From the NCBI GenBank assembly GCA_014905635.1, contig JABVCE010000004.1, positions 1,364,001 through 1,428,000 on the forward strand: a DNA stretch of 64,000 nucleotides. The letters run 5' to 3'. Under the pieces are notes generated by a model that saw only the letters and a list, made by a program, of their open reading frames with translations, was not told the origin of the DNA and did no database searches. Below, piece after piece: positions 24,062-35,839 of the stretch; the stretch's first letter is position 1, and every line of letters starts with the position of its first letter. The stretch comes from Scenedesmus sp. PABB004 (taxonomy: Eukaryota). The translations under genes and the position numbers were made by a program.

Positions 24062-25692
24062 ATGGCGCGGGAGGGCGGCAGCGCAGCGGCAGCGGCAGCG
24101 CCGCCCGCGCGGGCGCCGGCGGAGCGGGCGGAGCCGGTGGAGCCGCTGTTCCGCTTTGGCGTCATCAGGTGCGCTCCTGCCAGCGGCGCGAGCCAGCCTC
24201 TGCGCGCGCCGCCAGGCGCGCAGAGGCTCGCGCCGCCAGGCGCCCACCGCCCCCTGGCCGCCGGCCACCCTCGACTCGGCGCATGCAGCGACGTGCAGTA
24301 CGCCGACATCCCCGACGGCACGAGCTTCCACGGCGTGCCCCGCTTCTACCGCAACGCGCTCGTCGCGCTGCGGCGTGCCGTGACCGCGGGGTGGGCGCCG
24401 CAGCGCGTCGACTTTGGCATCCACTTCGGCGACATCCTGGACGGCTTCCAGCCCAAGGACCGGTCCGAGGAGGCGCTCACAGACGTGCTGGACGCGTTCG
24501 CCGCGCTCGGCGCGCCGACCTACCACATGCTGGGGTGAGTGAGCTGCGCCCTCGGATGCTGCGAGCCCTCGCCCTTTCCCCTCCCACACACGCACACACG
24601 TCACGCGACCCGCCCCGCCCCCCGCGCGCAGCAACCACTGCTTATACAACCTCCGCCGCCCCCGGCTCAACGAGCGGCTGCGCATCCCGCCGGCGGGATC
24701 GCAGCCGGCGCCCGGCGGCGCGAGCTACTACTCGTTCGCGCCGCACCCTGCGTGGCGCTTCGTCGTGCTGGATGCCTACGACGTCAGCCTGCTGGGCTGG
24801 CCCTCGGGGCACCCGCGGCACGAGCAGGCGGCCGCGATCCTCGCGGCCCGCAACCCCAACGCCGAGAAGAACAGCCCCGAGGGCCTGGTCGGCGAGGCGC
24901 GGCGGTTCGTCAAGTTCAACGGCGGCGTCAGCGACGAGCAGCTGGACTGGCTGCGCGCCGAGCTGGAGGTGCGCGCGCCGCGTGACGGCGCCCGCGGCGC
25001 GCGCACGCGCGCGCGCAGCGCAGCGCGGCGCTCACGTCCGCGCGCCTCGCAGGCGGCCGAGGCGGCTGGGCAGCGCGTCATCGTGTGCTCCCACCTCCCG
25101 CTCTGCCCCGGGACGTGCCCGCCCGCGTGTTTGCTGTGGAACTTCGACGTCGTGCTGCCGCTGCTGCAGCAGGCGCCCGCCGCAGTTGCAACGATCGCGG
25201 GTGCGGGGCGGGTGCGGGGCGGGTGCCCGCCCGCGCCCGCGCGTGCGCCCACCGCCGCCCTGCCTCACCACTCGCCGCCGCCCCGGACCACCGCCGCCCT
25301 GCGCGCCGCCGCCGCCGCCGCCGGGCGCAGGGCACAGCCATCAAAACGGTTTCGTCGTCGACGAGGCCGGGCTGTCGCACCTGGTGCTGCCGGCGGTGCT
25401 GGAGACGCCGCCCGGGCGCGACGCGTTCGGCGTCATCGACGTTCACGCCGACCGCCTCGAGCTGCGCGGCACGGACGTCTGCATGACGGCGACGCTGCGC
25501 CTGCGCGCCGCGCGGGGCGCCGCCAGCGCGGCGCGCGACGCGGCGGCCGAGGGCGGCGGGCAGCCGCTGCAGGCCGACCTCACAGTTGACGTGAGCGAGG
25601 AGGTTGCGGCCGAGCCCGGCGGCAAGCGGGGGTGCGGCGAGGCGGCCGGCGCGGCCGAGCGGCTCGCGGCGTGCGGCGTGGCCGCGGACTGA
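24062..25692 (+). CDS. ADPRM: Mn2+-dependent ADP-ribose/CDP-alcohol diphosphatase (metallophosphoesterase)
   Basis: FRFGVISDVQYAD, HFGDILDG, LGNHCLYNL, FNGGVSDEQLDWL, CSHLP, LLWN, AGHSH, AVLETP; 4 introns. Confidence 0.93.
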
Positions 25693-25750
25693 GGCGTTGC
25701 ATTGAAAAGCCATCCAACCAATACCCTCGCGCGCGCTCTCTCGCTCTCTC

Positions 25751-28700
25751 TCACTCGGCCTGGCAGGCCCACGACAGCCGCTGCTGCCGGGGCGCGCCGT
25801 CGGCGCGCCTGCCCTCCGCCACGCCGGCGCGCTCCTGCGGCAGGCCTCGCCACACCGCCGTCACCACGGCCGCGTCTGCACTCAGCACCACCGCCGCAGC
25901 CGGGGCGTCGGCCGCGCTCGCGCCGTTGCTCGGCGGCGGCGCCGCCGCGGGCGCGTCGCTCTCGCCGGCGCCGCTGCCGTGCTTGGCGCTGCCGGCGGCG
26001 CCGCCCGGCGGCGGCGCCGGCACCTGGCGCACCGGGCGCTGCGCCAGCACCGCGCCGCCGGGCAGCCACTCGCGGCGCGCGGCCCGCCCCGGCAGCGGCG
26101 CGCCTGCGCCGCTGCCGGGGCCGTCAACGCCGGCGGCGCTGCGGCTGAGCCGCGCGCCCGGCGGCGGGGCGGCGCCCCAGGGCAGCGGCGCGGCGCCGTC
26201 GACGCTGGTCGCCGGGCTGGCAAGCGACGTGCCGCCGCTGCGCTGCCACACCGCGCGCGCCGCGTCGGCCGCGGCGACGCCGCGCCACTGCCGCTGCACC
26301 GCCGCCTGCTGCGCCGCCGCGCGGCGCTGCTGCTGCAGCTGCTGCTGGCGCCGCCACCAGCCGGCCAGCCGCACCGCGCGCTGCTGCCGGCGCAGCGCGA
26401 GCAGCCCGTGGCTGCCCAGCTGCTGCGGGTAGCGGGCGCCCCCATTGCCGCCCTGCCCCGCGCCGCCCGGGCCCTTGAGCCAGGGCGCAGCGCGGCGCCG
26501 CTCGAGCGGCCCCGCCGCCGGTGCCGGCGCCGCGCGGCCGGGCGCGTACGTGACGCGCCGCGCCGCGCTCCACTGCGCCAGCAGCGGCGACTGCAGCAGC
26601 GCGAGCGCGTGCGTGATGGCCTCACCGTCCGGGCGCGCGAGCCCCCGCCGCGCGCTGCGCCGCGCCACCTGCGCCAGCACCTGCTGCTGCCACGCGAGCG
26701 GCGGCTGCACGCCGAGCGCCGCAAACGCGGCGAGCGCGCCCGCCGCGACGCTCGGCGGCCAGGCGTGCAGCTGCGCCAGGCTGGCCCGGCACCACGCGCG
26801 CAGCCACGCGCCGTCCAGCGGCAGGCCCACCGCGTCAGGGCTGCGCCCCGTGGTCGCGGCGACGACGGCCGCCGCGGCGGCCGCCGCCTCGCCCACGGCC
26901 GCTTCCCAGGCCGCCACGCGCTCCTGCGTGGCCGCCGCCGCAGCGGCCAGCGCGGCTGCGCTGGCTGCCGGCGGCTCCGCGCCGTCGTGCAGCTGGCGGC
27001 GCTGCTGCTGCAGCTCGGCCGCCAGCTGCTGCTGCTCGCGCGCGGCGGCCATCGCCGCCGCGCCCGCCGCGCCGGCGCGCTCCGCGGCGGCCCTGGCGCG
27101 CCAGCGCATGCGCCGCACCGCGCTCGCGCTGGGCAGCGCGGCGCGGCGCGCGGCGGGGCCGGCCGCCGCCGCGAGCGCGTCGCGCGCCTCGGCGTCGTCG
27201 GCCGCCGGCGCGCGCAGCAGCACCGCCGCCTGCAGCAGCTGCAGCTGCTGGTGGGGGCTCAGCGCCGCCAGCGCGTCCACGCTGCTGGCCGCCGTCATGC
27301 GGCTGACCAGCACCTCAAGCAGCTCGCCGTCCGCCACGGCGCGCAGGCCCAGCCGCGCCGCGCCCCACAGCCCGGCGCACATGTCACGCAGCCGCCAGCG
27401 CCCGATGCCGCCCGCCGCGGCCGCGGCCGCGTCCGCGAGCCAGGCCCGCGGCGGCTCGCAGCCGAGCACCGCCGCGGCGTACAGCACCAGCGCGAGCTGC
27501 GCCGGCGCCGCCGCAGCGGCCTGCAGGCCCGCCGCCTGCACCCATGCGCCGCGCCACGCGGCGCCGGGGCGGTGGTTCAGCACGGCCAGGGCCCAGCCGG
27601 CCGAGGCGAGCTGCCCTGGGCCAAAGGCGGGCAGCCGCGCCTGGCTGTGCCGGACCCAGCGGCGCAGCCAGGGCCGCCCGGGGTGGCTGTCCAGCGCCGC
27701 CAGCGCCCAGAGCAGCTTTGTGAGCTCGACGGGGCCGGCATGCGCGAGGTGGCACGCGTCCAGGACGCCACGCAGCCATGCGCGGCTCGGCCGCACACGC
27801 TGCTGCTGCTGCTGCTCCTCCTCGCCGCCCCGCCCGTGCAGGGGTGCGGCGGCGCACAGCCTGGCCACCGCCGCGAGGATGCGCGCGGCGGCGGGGCCGT
27901 CCAGCTGGCGCGCGACCGCGAGCTGCTGCACGCGCGCGAGCACCGGCCGCAGCACAGACGCGGGCAGCGGCGCGTCCACGGCGGCTGCCGCGGAGAGAAG
28001 CATCTGCAACTGCTGCCCACTGCAGCTGCCCAGCACAGGCGGCGCCGCCCGCAGCAGCTGCTGCACGGCGTCCACGGGGCTGGGCCCTGCTGCTCCGGGC
28101 TTGCCGCCGGCGCCCGCGGCAGCGCCGCCCCCGCCGCGGGGGCGAGCGCTGCTGGCGCTGGCGCCCTCGGCCGCGCCAGCGGCGATGCAGGACGCGGACA
28201 CCGCCAGGCTGTGCGCGCTGCAGCCGCTGGCCGCGGCCGCCGCGACCGCCGCGGCCGCGAGGCTCGCCGCCGCCGCCGCCTTGCCGTCGCCGCCGGGCCC
28301 TGCCGCGAGGCTGCGCAGCGCCCACAGCGCCTTGCTCGCCGCCTCGCCCGACATGCCGCGCGCGCGGTCGACCAGCGCGGCCTGCCAAGCGAGCAGCCAG
28401 GGCAGCGGCGGCCGGAAGCGCAGCGCTGCCATGGCCCAGCCCACGCCGGCGAGCTGGTCGGCGCCAAAGCCCGCCAGCCGCGGGCCGGTCGCGGCGCAGA
28501 AGCCAGCGAGCCACTCCGAGTCGAAGCTGTGCTGGAAGCCGGCGCCGCGGCGCCGCAGGCCGGCGCCAAGGCCGGCGCCGGGCGCCCCGGTTGCGGCGGC
28601 GGCCGCCGCCGCCTCCTCGGCGCGCCGCATGAGCGCCAGCGCGGCGCAGGCGTCGGTCGCGGCCCTGCCGCCCGCCGCGGCCAGGAAGTTGCGGCACGCG

Positions 28701-30835
28701 AGCTCCCTAAGCCACGCCTGCAGCAGCGGCTCCGGCAGGCGGCAGCCCAGCCGCGCGGCGCTGAGCAGCGTGCTGCTGAGCGCCTGGCTGCCGAAGCCGC
28801 CCAGCCGCGCCTGCTGCGCGTCCAGCAGCCGCTCCAGCGCCGCCCGCGGCGCAGCGTGGCCTCCGTTGCCGCTGCTGGCCGCCGGCAGCTGCGACAGGCC
28901 CCACGCAACGTTGGCCACTTGCTGGTCGCTCAGCTGCGCCGCCTGGCCCTGCAGCCGCGTGCCCAGCTGCGCGACCCAGCGGCGGCGAGGCTGCAGCTGC
29001 AGCGCGCCGGCCGCCCAGGCCGCGTTGGACACGTGCCGCCAGCTCAGGCTGCCCAGACGGTCCGTGCTTGCATCCAGCAGCAGCTGCCCGCAGCCGCGCA
29101 GCAGAAAGGCCACGCCGTCGGGGTGCGCCTCGCCGACCCTGCTGGCCGCGGCGTCCGTTCTGCTGCTGCTCGTGCTCGCGTGGCTGCCGCTGTCGCGCCG
29201 CTCCTGGTCTGGGCTTCCGTCCTCGACCTCGCCGCGACTGGCGCCTCGCTGCTGCTGCTGCTGCTGCAGCTGCTGCTGCTTGTGGAGCTTGCCCAGGGCC
29301 CACAGCATGTTTGCCAGGGCCTGGTCGCTCACCTGGCGCTGCGCCTGCGGGCCCTCGGCGGCCAGCGCCGTGAGCCACGCCTGCACCGCCGCCAGCACGC
29401 CCGGCTGCGGGCAGTGCTCGAGCTGCGCGCACGACCACAGCAGGTTGGCCACCGCCTGCCCGCTGCCGCCGCCGCTGCCGGGCAGCTGCGCCGCCGCCGC
29501 CGCCAGCAGCTGGTCGACCAGCGCGGCCGCAGGCGCCGCCTGGCTGCTGCCGGCTGCCAGCAGCGTGGCCGACCACATCGCGCTGGACAGCGCCTGCAGC
29601 TCCACGCGCGGCCCGCCGCCGCCGGCCGCCGCGAGCTGCGCCGCCAGCGCGCGTTGCCAGCCCGCCAGCCACGGCGCGGGTGGGCTCTGCTGCAGCTGCG
29701 CCAGCGCCCACAGCGCGTTGGCCAGCTGCTGGCCGTCAAACGCGGGCAGCAGCGGCTCGCTGGCAGCGAAGAACCGCGCCAGCCAAGGCCGGCCGGGCGG
29801 CCCCGCCACCGCCTGCAGGCGCGCGAGCGCCCACAGCGTGTTGGCCAAGCCGCGCGCATCGTACGAGGCCAGGTGGCCGTCGACCAGCGGGAGGACGCCC
29901 GCCACAAACTGCGCCAGCCGCGCGTCGCCGCTGCTGCCGCCGTCCGGCCACGGCTGCCGCCGCGGCTGCTGCTGCTGGTGCTGCTGCTGGTGCTGCTGCT
30001 GCTCCTGCGCGCCCGGCGCCGGCGCGCGCGCCCCCCCGTGGCGGGCGGTGAGCTGCGCCAGGTGCGTGAGCAGCGCGGAGCTGTGGCGCCACGTGAGCAC
30101 CGCTCCGTGCGCCTGCACCAGCTGCTCCAGCTCGCGCCAGTCGCGGGCGGCCTTGAGCTGCCGCATGATCGCCGCGCCCGACAGCTGCACGCTCTCGGGC
30201 GCCGCGCACGCGCGCTCACCGCCGCGCGCGCGGCCGTCGGCCGCTGCCGTCACCGGCGCGGAGCCGCGGCGCAGCTGCCGCCCCTCCGCGCAGCAGCTGC
30301 TGCTGCTGCTGTCGGCGTCGCCGGCCGCCGCCGCCGCTGCTGCCGCCGCGGCGGGCGGCGGCTGCCGCCGCCGCCCGGGGTGGCCGCCGCCGCCGGCATG
30401 GCCTCGCCACCGCACGGGCGGCGCGCCTGCTGGGCCGGGACCGGGGCCCGGCGCCTGCGCGCCAGGCGGTGGCCTGCTCGGTCGGGCGGGTGCGGGCGCG
30501 GCAGCGGCAGCGGCGGGGGCGCGGCCGTCAGGTGTCGCCCGCGGCGCACGGCCGCCCGGCCGCCGGGTTGGTCGGCCCAGCAGCGCCAGGGCACCGCGCC
30601 CCGCGCCCCGTGCCGGGCTGGCCAGGCAATGGGGCGCCGCCGCGGCGCCGGCGGCGCCGCGCGGCGCCGCAGCCACGGCGCTGCTGCCGCCGCCGCGCCG
30701 CGGCGAGCACGGCCCGCATGGCTCCCCAGCGGCGCTGGCGTGCAGAGAAGCGCACCTGGACGCGCGTGGCGCCGGCGCCCAGGCGCCAGGCGCGCCGGCG
30801 CGGCCGCTGGCCGGCGCCAGGCAGGGTGCGGCCAT
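25751..30835 (-). CDS. Octotricopeptide-repeat (OPR) protein, TBC2-like, probably an organellar RNA-binding factor
   Basis: Apparently intronless ORF of about 1694 codons; many repeats of the form xQxLANxLWALAxL...PPxxWL; transit-peptide-like N-terminus; no clear RAP domain. Confidence 0.85.
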   Translation of the reverse strand: MAAPCLAPASGRAGAPGAWAPAPRASRCASLHASAAGEPCGPCSPRRGGGSSAVAAAPRGAAGAAAAPHCLASPARGAGRGALALLGRPTRRPGGRAPRATPDGRAPAAAAAAPAPARPSRPPPGAQAPGPGPGPAGAPPVRWRGHAGGGGHPGRRRQPPPAAAAAAAAAAGDADSSSSSCCAEGRQLRRGSAPVTAAADGRARGGERACAAPESVQLSGAAIMRQLKAARDWRELEQLVQAHGAVLTWRHSSALLTHLAQLTARHGGARAPAPGAQEQQQHQQQHQQQQPRRQPWPDGGSSGDARLAQFVAGVLPLVDGHLASYDARGLANTLWALARLQAVAGPPGRPWLARFFAASEPLLPAFDGQQLANALWALAQLQQSPPAPWLAGWQRALAAQLAAAGGGGPRVELQALSSAMWSATLLAAGSSQAAPAAALVDQLLAAAAAQLPGSGGGSGQAVANLLWSCAQLEHCPQPGVLAAVQAWLTALAAEGPQAQRQVSDQALANMLWALGKLHKQQQLQQQQQQRGASRGEVEDGSPDQERRDSGSHASTSSSRTDAAASRVGEAHPDGVAFLLRGCGQLLLDASTDRLGSLSWRHVSNAAWAAGALQLQPRRRWVAQLGTRLQGQAAQLSDQQVANVAWGLSQLPAASSGNGGHAAPRAALERLLDAQQARLGGFGSQALSSTLLSAARLGCRLPEPLLQAWLRELACRNFLAAAGGRAATDACAALALMRRAEEAAAAAAATGAPGAGLGAGLRRRGAGFQHSFDSEWLAGFCAATGPRLAGFGADQLAGVGWAMAALRFRPPLPWLLAWQAALVDRARGMSGEAASKALWALRSLAAGPGGDGKAAAAASLAAAAVAAAAASGCSAHSLAVSASCIAAGAAEGASASSARPRGGGGAAAGAGGKPGAAGPSPVDAVQQLLRAAPPVLGSCSGQQLQMLLSAAAAVDAPLPASVLRPVLARVQQLAVARQLDGPAAARILAAVARLCAAAPLHGRGGEEEQQQQQRVRPSRAWLRGVLDACHLAHAGPVELTKLLWALAALDSHPGRPWLRRWVRHSQARLPAFGPGQLASAGWALAVLNHRPGAAWRGAWVQAAGLQAAAAAPAQLALVLYAAAVLGCEPPRAWLADAAAAAAGGIGRWRLRDMCAGLWGAARLGLRAVADGELLEVLVSRMTAASSVDALAALSPHQQLQLLQAAVLLRAPAADDAEARDALAAAAGPAARRAALPSASAVRRMRWRARAAAERAGAAGAAAMAAAREQQQLAAELQQQRRQLHDGAEPPAASAAALAAAAAATQERVAAWEAAVGEAAAAAAAVVAATTGRSPDAVGLPLDGAWLRAWCRASLAQLHAWPPSVAAGALAAFAALGVQPPLAWQQQVLAQVARRSARRGLARPDGEAITHALALLQSPLLAQWSAARRVTYAPGRAAPAPAAGPLERRRAAPWLKGPGGAGQGGNGGARYPQQLGSHGLLALRRQQRAVRLAGWWRRQQQLQQQRRAAAQQAAVQRQWRGVAAADAARAVWQRSGGTSLASPATSVDGAAPLPWGAAPPPGARLSRSAAGVDGPGSGAGAPLPGRAARREWLPGGAVLAQRPVRQVPAPPPGGAAGSAKHGSGAGESDAPAAAPPPSNGASAADAPAAAVVLSADAAVVTAVWRGLPQERAGVAEGRRADGAPRQQRLSWACQAE

Positions 30836-31269
30836 CAGCAGGCCTCGCACCACCCCATCACATCAAGCGCGGCGGCGGCGCCGCGACGGCGTTCCGCATT
30901 CACGCGCGCGTGCGAGTTGGCGCGGCTGGGCCGGAGGAAGGCTCGGCCAAGTTTGTGGTGCTGCCCGGCCTGGCGCCGGTGCCGCACGGCGGGCGCGGGC
31001 TCGTCAGGTTGTTGTTGAGCTGTCCTCGTGCCCCCGCACTGCGCCGCTGCGTCGAGCGAGCGGGGCGCCGCACGCCGCACGCCGGGCAGCGCAGCAGACG
31101 CGCGAAAAATTGGGCTCGCACAGCCCGCGCGCGGTCGCCCTCCCCTTCTCACAACGAGCTCCGTCCCACACGCGGCGCGGCCGGGCGCGCAGAGCATCAG
31201 GGCCGCCGCGCGCCCAGCAGCAGCAGCAGCACCGGCCTTGGCGCGCCCACCACCGCCGATCGCGGCGCC

Positions 31270-33906
31270 ATGAGCGCGCGCGCGGGCGCCCTGCGCGCTC
31301 TGGGCAGGCTGGGGAGCCTGCTGGGCTCCGCGGCGACGCGCAGCGCCGGCGGCGGCTCGGCGCCGGCGCTGGCGGCGCTGCTGCTGCCGGCCGGCGGCGC
31401 GCGCCGCGCCGCCGCGAGCGCCGCGGCGCCGCCCGGCGCCGCCCTGCGCCCGGTGAGCGACAAGGAGGCGGCGACGCTGGCGCGCGTGCGCAACATCGGC
31501 ATCTCGGCGCACATCGACTCGGGCAAGACGACCACGACCGAGCGCATCCTCTTCTACACCGGCCGCATCAAGGACATCCACGAGGCGCGTGCGCCGCGCG
31601 CTCGCCGCCGCTGCTTCTATTGTGGCGGCCGCCGCCGCCGCACGGGCGGGGCTGCGCGCGGCGCGGCCCGCGGCGCGGCGCGCGGCGCGGGAGGCGCGGC
31701 GCGGGAGGCGCGGCGCGGGAGGCGCTGCACACGCAGCGCGGCGTGCGGCGCGGGACGCGCGCGACGGCGGCCGCGTGCGCCGGCGCGGCCGCAGGTGCGC
31801 GGCCGCGACGGCGTGGGCGCCAAGATGGACAGCATGGAGCTGGAGCGCGAGAAGGGCATCACGATCCAGTCGGCGGCGACGTACTGCAGCTGGGGCGACA
31901 CGCGCATCAACATCATCGACACCCCCGGCCACGTAGACTTCACGATCGAGGCGCGGCGCGGCGCCGCGGCGCGGGCGCGGCGCGGCGGCGCGGCGGCGGC
32001 GCAGCGGCGGCGCAGCGGCCAGGGGCATAGTCGCGGGCGCGAGGGGCGGGGCGGGGGCTGCGAGAGCGGGCGCGGCGGCCCCACGCGGCGGCGCGCGGCG
32101 CGCAGGTGGAGCGCGCGCTGCGCGTGCTGGACGGCGCGGTGCTGCTGCTGTGCGGCGTGGGCGGCGTGCAGAGCCAGAGCATCACGGTCGACCGCCAGAT
32201 GCGGCGCTACGGCGTGCCGCGCCTCGTGTTTGTGAACAAGCTCGACCGCGTCGGCGCGGCGCCGTGGCGCGTGATAGCGCAGGCGCGCGACAAGCTGCGG
32301 CTTAACGCCGCCGCGGTGCAGGTGCGTGCGGCGCGCGCGGGCGCAGCGGGCGCCGGGTGCGCGCCGCGCCGCCGCCGCTGGCGCGGGCCCCGCCCCGCCC
32401 AAGCCCACGCCCGCGGCCGCCGCCTGCCGCCCGCCCGCGGCCAGGTGCCGATCGGGCTGGAGGAGTTCCACGAGGGCGTGGTCGACCTGGTGCGCCGCCG
32501 CGCGCTGACCTTTGGCGGCGCCAAGGGCCTGGAGGTGATCGATGGCCCCGTGCCGGCGGAGCTCGCTGACGAGGTCGAGGCGCGTCGCGCGGAGCTCATC
32601 GAGCGCGTGTCCGAGGTGCGGCGGCCGGGCCACGGCCTGCAGAGCCGCCACGCCCTGACCGCCCACACGCACGCACGCACGCACGCACACGACGCCCGCC
32701 CCGCCGCGGCCGCGGCCGCGCAGGTCGACGACGGCCTGGCCGAGCTGTTCCTGGCGGAGGAGCCGATCAGCGCCGAGGCGCTCGCCGCTGCGATCCGGCG
32801 CGCGACGCTGGCCAACCGGTTCGCACCCGTCTTCATGGGCAGCGCGTACAAGAACAAGGGCGTGCAGCCGCTGCTCGATGGCGTGGCCGACTACCTGCCC
32901 TGCCCCACCGACGTGCCCAACACCGCGCTCGACATCGACGCCGGCGAGGCGCCCGTCACGCTGCCCTGCAGGTCGGTGGCCTCGACCTTGCGGCGGCGCT
33001 GCCGCCGCCACGCCGCCCACCCGCGCGCCGCGCGCGCAGCACCGAGCCCGCGCCCACACGCGCCGCCGCCGCCGCCGCGCCGCGTGCTCTGCAGCCCGTC
33101 TGGGCCGTTTGTGGGGCTCGCGTTCAAGCTCGAGGAGGGCAAGTACGGCCAGCTCACCTACATGCGCGTCTACAGCGGCACCGTGGCCAAGGGCGACTTC
33201 ATCGTCAACAGCACCAGCCGCAAGCGCACGCGCGTGCCGCGCCTCGTGCGCATCCACAGCGACGAGCTCGAGGACATCCCCTCAGCGGCGCGTTGCGCGT
33301 CGCTGCCGCGGCGCGGGCGGTGGCGGCGGCGGCGCGCGGCGCACGACGCGCGGCCGCACGCACGCGGCCCACCCGTGACGCCCGCCGTGCCTCTCCGCCG
33401 CGCCGCCGCGCAGTCTGCAGGCGACATCGTGGCGCTGTTTGGCATCGAGTGCGCGAGCGGCGACACGTTCACCGACGGCAGCGTGAACTACGCGATGACC
33501 TCGATCAAGGTGACACACCACCACGCAGCGCACCCAGCGCCCGCGGCGCGCACTCGCTCACGCACACACACGCGCTCGTAGCGCCCGCCGCCCGCGCCGG
33601 CCCGCCTGCGCCGGCCGCCCGCCCACTGCGCCTGCCCCGCGCGCGCACGCGCGCGCGCGCCGTGCCCAGGTGCCCGAGCCGGTGATGAGCGTCTCGCTCA
33701 CGCCCAAGTCGACGGAGCAGCTGGCCAACTTCCAGCGCGCGCTCGCGCGCTTCCAGCGCGAGGACCCGACCTTCACAGTCTCAAACAACGCTGGTGCGCG
33801 CGCGGCGCGCCCCGCGCGCTGGCCGCGGGCCGCAGACCGTGCTGGCCGGGCCGCGCGGCGGCCCCATGCCCACGCGTGCTGCGCGCGCCGCCGCCGCGTG
33901 CAGAGA

Positions 33907-33949
<43 letters not shown>

Positions 33950-35422
33950 CATCTACGTCGAGCGCATGCGCCGCGAGTACAAGGCGCGCGCCGCGCACAG
34001 CACAGCGCCGGCCCCGCCGCGCCGCGCAGCGCCGCGCAGTGCCGCGAGCCGCGGGCAGGGCCCCACCCCGCCGCGCACCTGCTGCGCGCGCCCACGCGGC
34101 CGCGGCGCGCGCGCGCAGGTCGACTGCGAGGTGGGCCGGCCCAAGGTGAACTACCGCGAGGCGATCCAGGCGCGCGCGGAGTTCAACTACCTGCACAAAA
34201 AGCAGAGCGGCGGCTCGGGTGCGCGGCGCGGCGCGGCGCCGGCGAGGGTGGCGTTGGTGGCGCCAGCGGAGCCCGGGCTGCTGGCGGTGGCGGGGCCGCG
34301 CTGCGCCGCCGCCCCCCCCCCCCCCCCACACCCACCCACACCCACACCCACACCCACACCCACACCCACACCCACACCACATCCACACCCACACCACCGC
34401 GCAGGCCAGTATGGCAAGGTCGGCGGCTACATCGAGCCGCTGCCCGAGGACGAGGGCACGGGCGGCGGCGGCGGCGGCGGGCCGCGGTTTGAGTATTCGA
34501 ACGAGATCGTCGGCAACGTCATCCCGCCAGAGTTCTACCCCGCGATCGAAAAGGGCTTCCGGGAGGCCGCCAACGCGGGCAGCCTCATCGGCGCGCCGGT
34601 CGAGGTGCGCGCGCGCGCGCGCGCGCGCGCGCGGGGGCTGGCGCTCGGCGGCGGCGGGGCGCCGCCGCCGCGCCGCCGGCGCCGACGCCGGCGCCGGCGC
34701 CGACGCGGCCGCGCGCGCGTGCGCGCCGCAGGGCATCCGCGTGGTGCTGAACGACGGCGGCGCGCACGCGGTCGACTCGAACGAGATGGCGTTCCGCCTC
34801 GCCGCGATCGGGGGCTTCCGCCAGGCCTACGCGTCGGCGCGGCCGACCATCCTGGAGCCGGTGATGAAGGTCGAGGTCACGGTGCGGCGCCACCCGCACC
34901 ACCCACTGCGCCGCCGCCGCCGCGCGGGCACGCGCGCGGCTGTCGCCGCGACCGCTGCGCGACGCGGCGCGGGCGCGGCGCGACGCGGCCGGCCGCCGCG
35001 GCGGGCGCGGGCGCGACGCGGCCGGCCGCCGTGGCGGGCGCGGGCGCGCGCGCAGGTGCCGGTTGAGTTTCAGGGCGGCGTGATGGGCGACCTCAACCGG
35101 CGCAAGGGCATGATCCTGGACAGCCGGCAGGAGGCGGAGGACGCGGTCATCGAGGCGCTCGTGCCGCTGAACGCCATGTTTGGCTACTCCACCGTGCTGC
35201 GCTCAAACACGCAGGTGCGTGTGCGTGTGTGTGTACGCGCGCGCGCCGCGCCCGGGGGAGCGCAGCGGGCCACACCGCGCGGGCGCGGACGGCGGCCGAC
35301 GCCTGCGTCCGCAGGGCAAGGGCGAGTTCACGATGGAGTACGCGTCGCACCAGCCCGTGACCAAGGAGCAACAGGAGGAGCTCGCCAACAGCAGCGCCGC
35401 CGCCAGGGCGGCCGCCAAGTAG
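31270..35422 (+). CDS. GFM1: Mitochondrial translation elongation factor G (EF-G1)
   Basis: [97 protein letters not shown]; 13 introns, 4 GC-AG. Confidence 0.97.
34330..34380. repeat. (CCCACA)n hexamer microsatellite after a poly-C run, intronic
   Basis: cccaca tandem in EF-G intron 10. Confidence 0.85.
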
Positions 35423-35839
35423 GAGGCGCGGACCGCGGCGCGCGCCGCGCTGCGAGGGGGGGGAGAGCGCGCGCGAGCGTCGAGTGTGGGGGCGGCGCCG
35501 CCGGACGGACACCCCGCCCGTGGCCGTTGGGCGGGCGTGGCGGCGGCGCCGGCCGGGCGCGCGCTGCAGCCGCTGCCGCGCGCTGCGGCAGCGGCGCCCA
35601 GCGCGCGCTCGGCGCGCGAGCGGTGAGAACACAGCCGAGTGACCAGCGGCACGCGCTCGGGACCGTGTCTGGGCGATCCCGGGAGCACGAGACCGGCCGC
35701 GGGAGCCGCCGGCGGGCGGGGAGCTGGGCGCAACTGCTTGCGCCGCAATAACAGCGGCGCCGCCCTCTAGGGCCGGCCCGCGCCCGCCTCTCGTCCGGTT
35801 CCGGTTTGGCCTGGCCTGCCTCTCGATCGCCTGGCAACC

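Noticed and set aside
25979..32030. Very long + strand ORFs (1679 aa, 1861 aa) antisense to the OPR gene, and similar long ORFs elsewhere (11219-14656, 17542-20919, 19190-22669, 21871-25692, 47757-50789)
   Set aside because: Shadow or off-frame ORFs expected when stops are rare at this GC content; Arg/Ala/Pro-rich with no motifs; the real genes lie in another frame or strand.
33285..33420. Alternative GT donor at 33292 with acceptor at 33420 for EF-G intron 6
   Set aside because: It would give ...PSAARDIV and lose the conserved AGD; the GC donor at 33288 with acceptor 33413 keeps SAGDIV.
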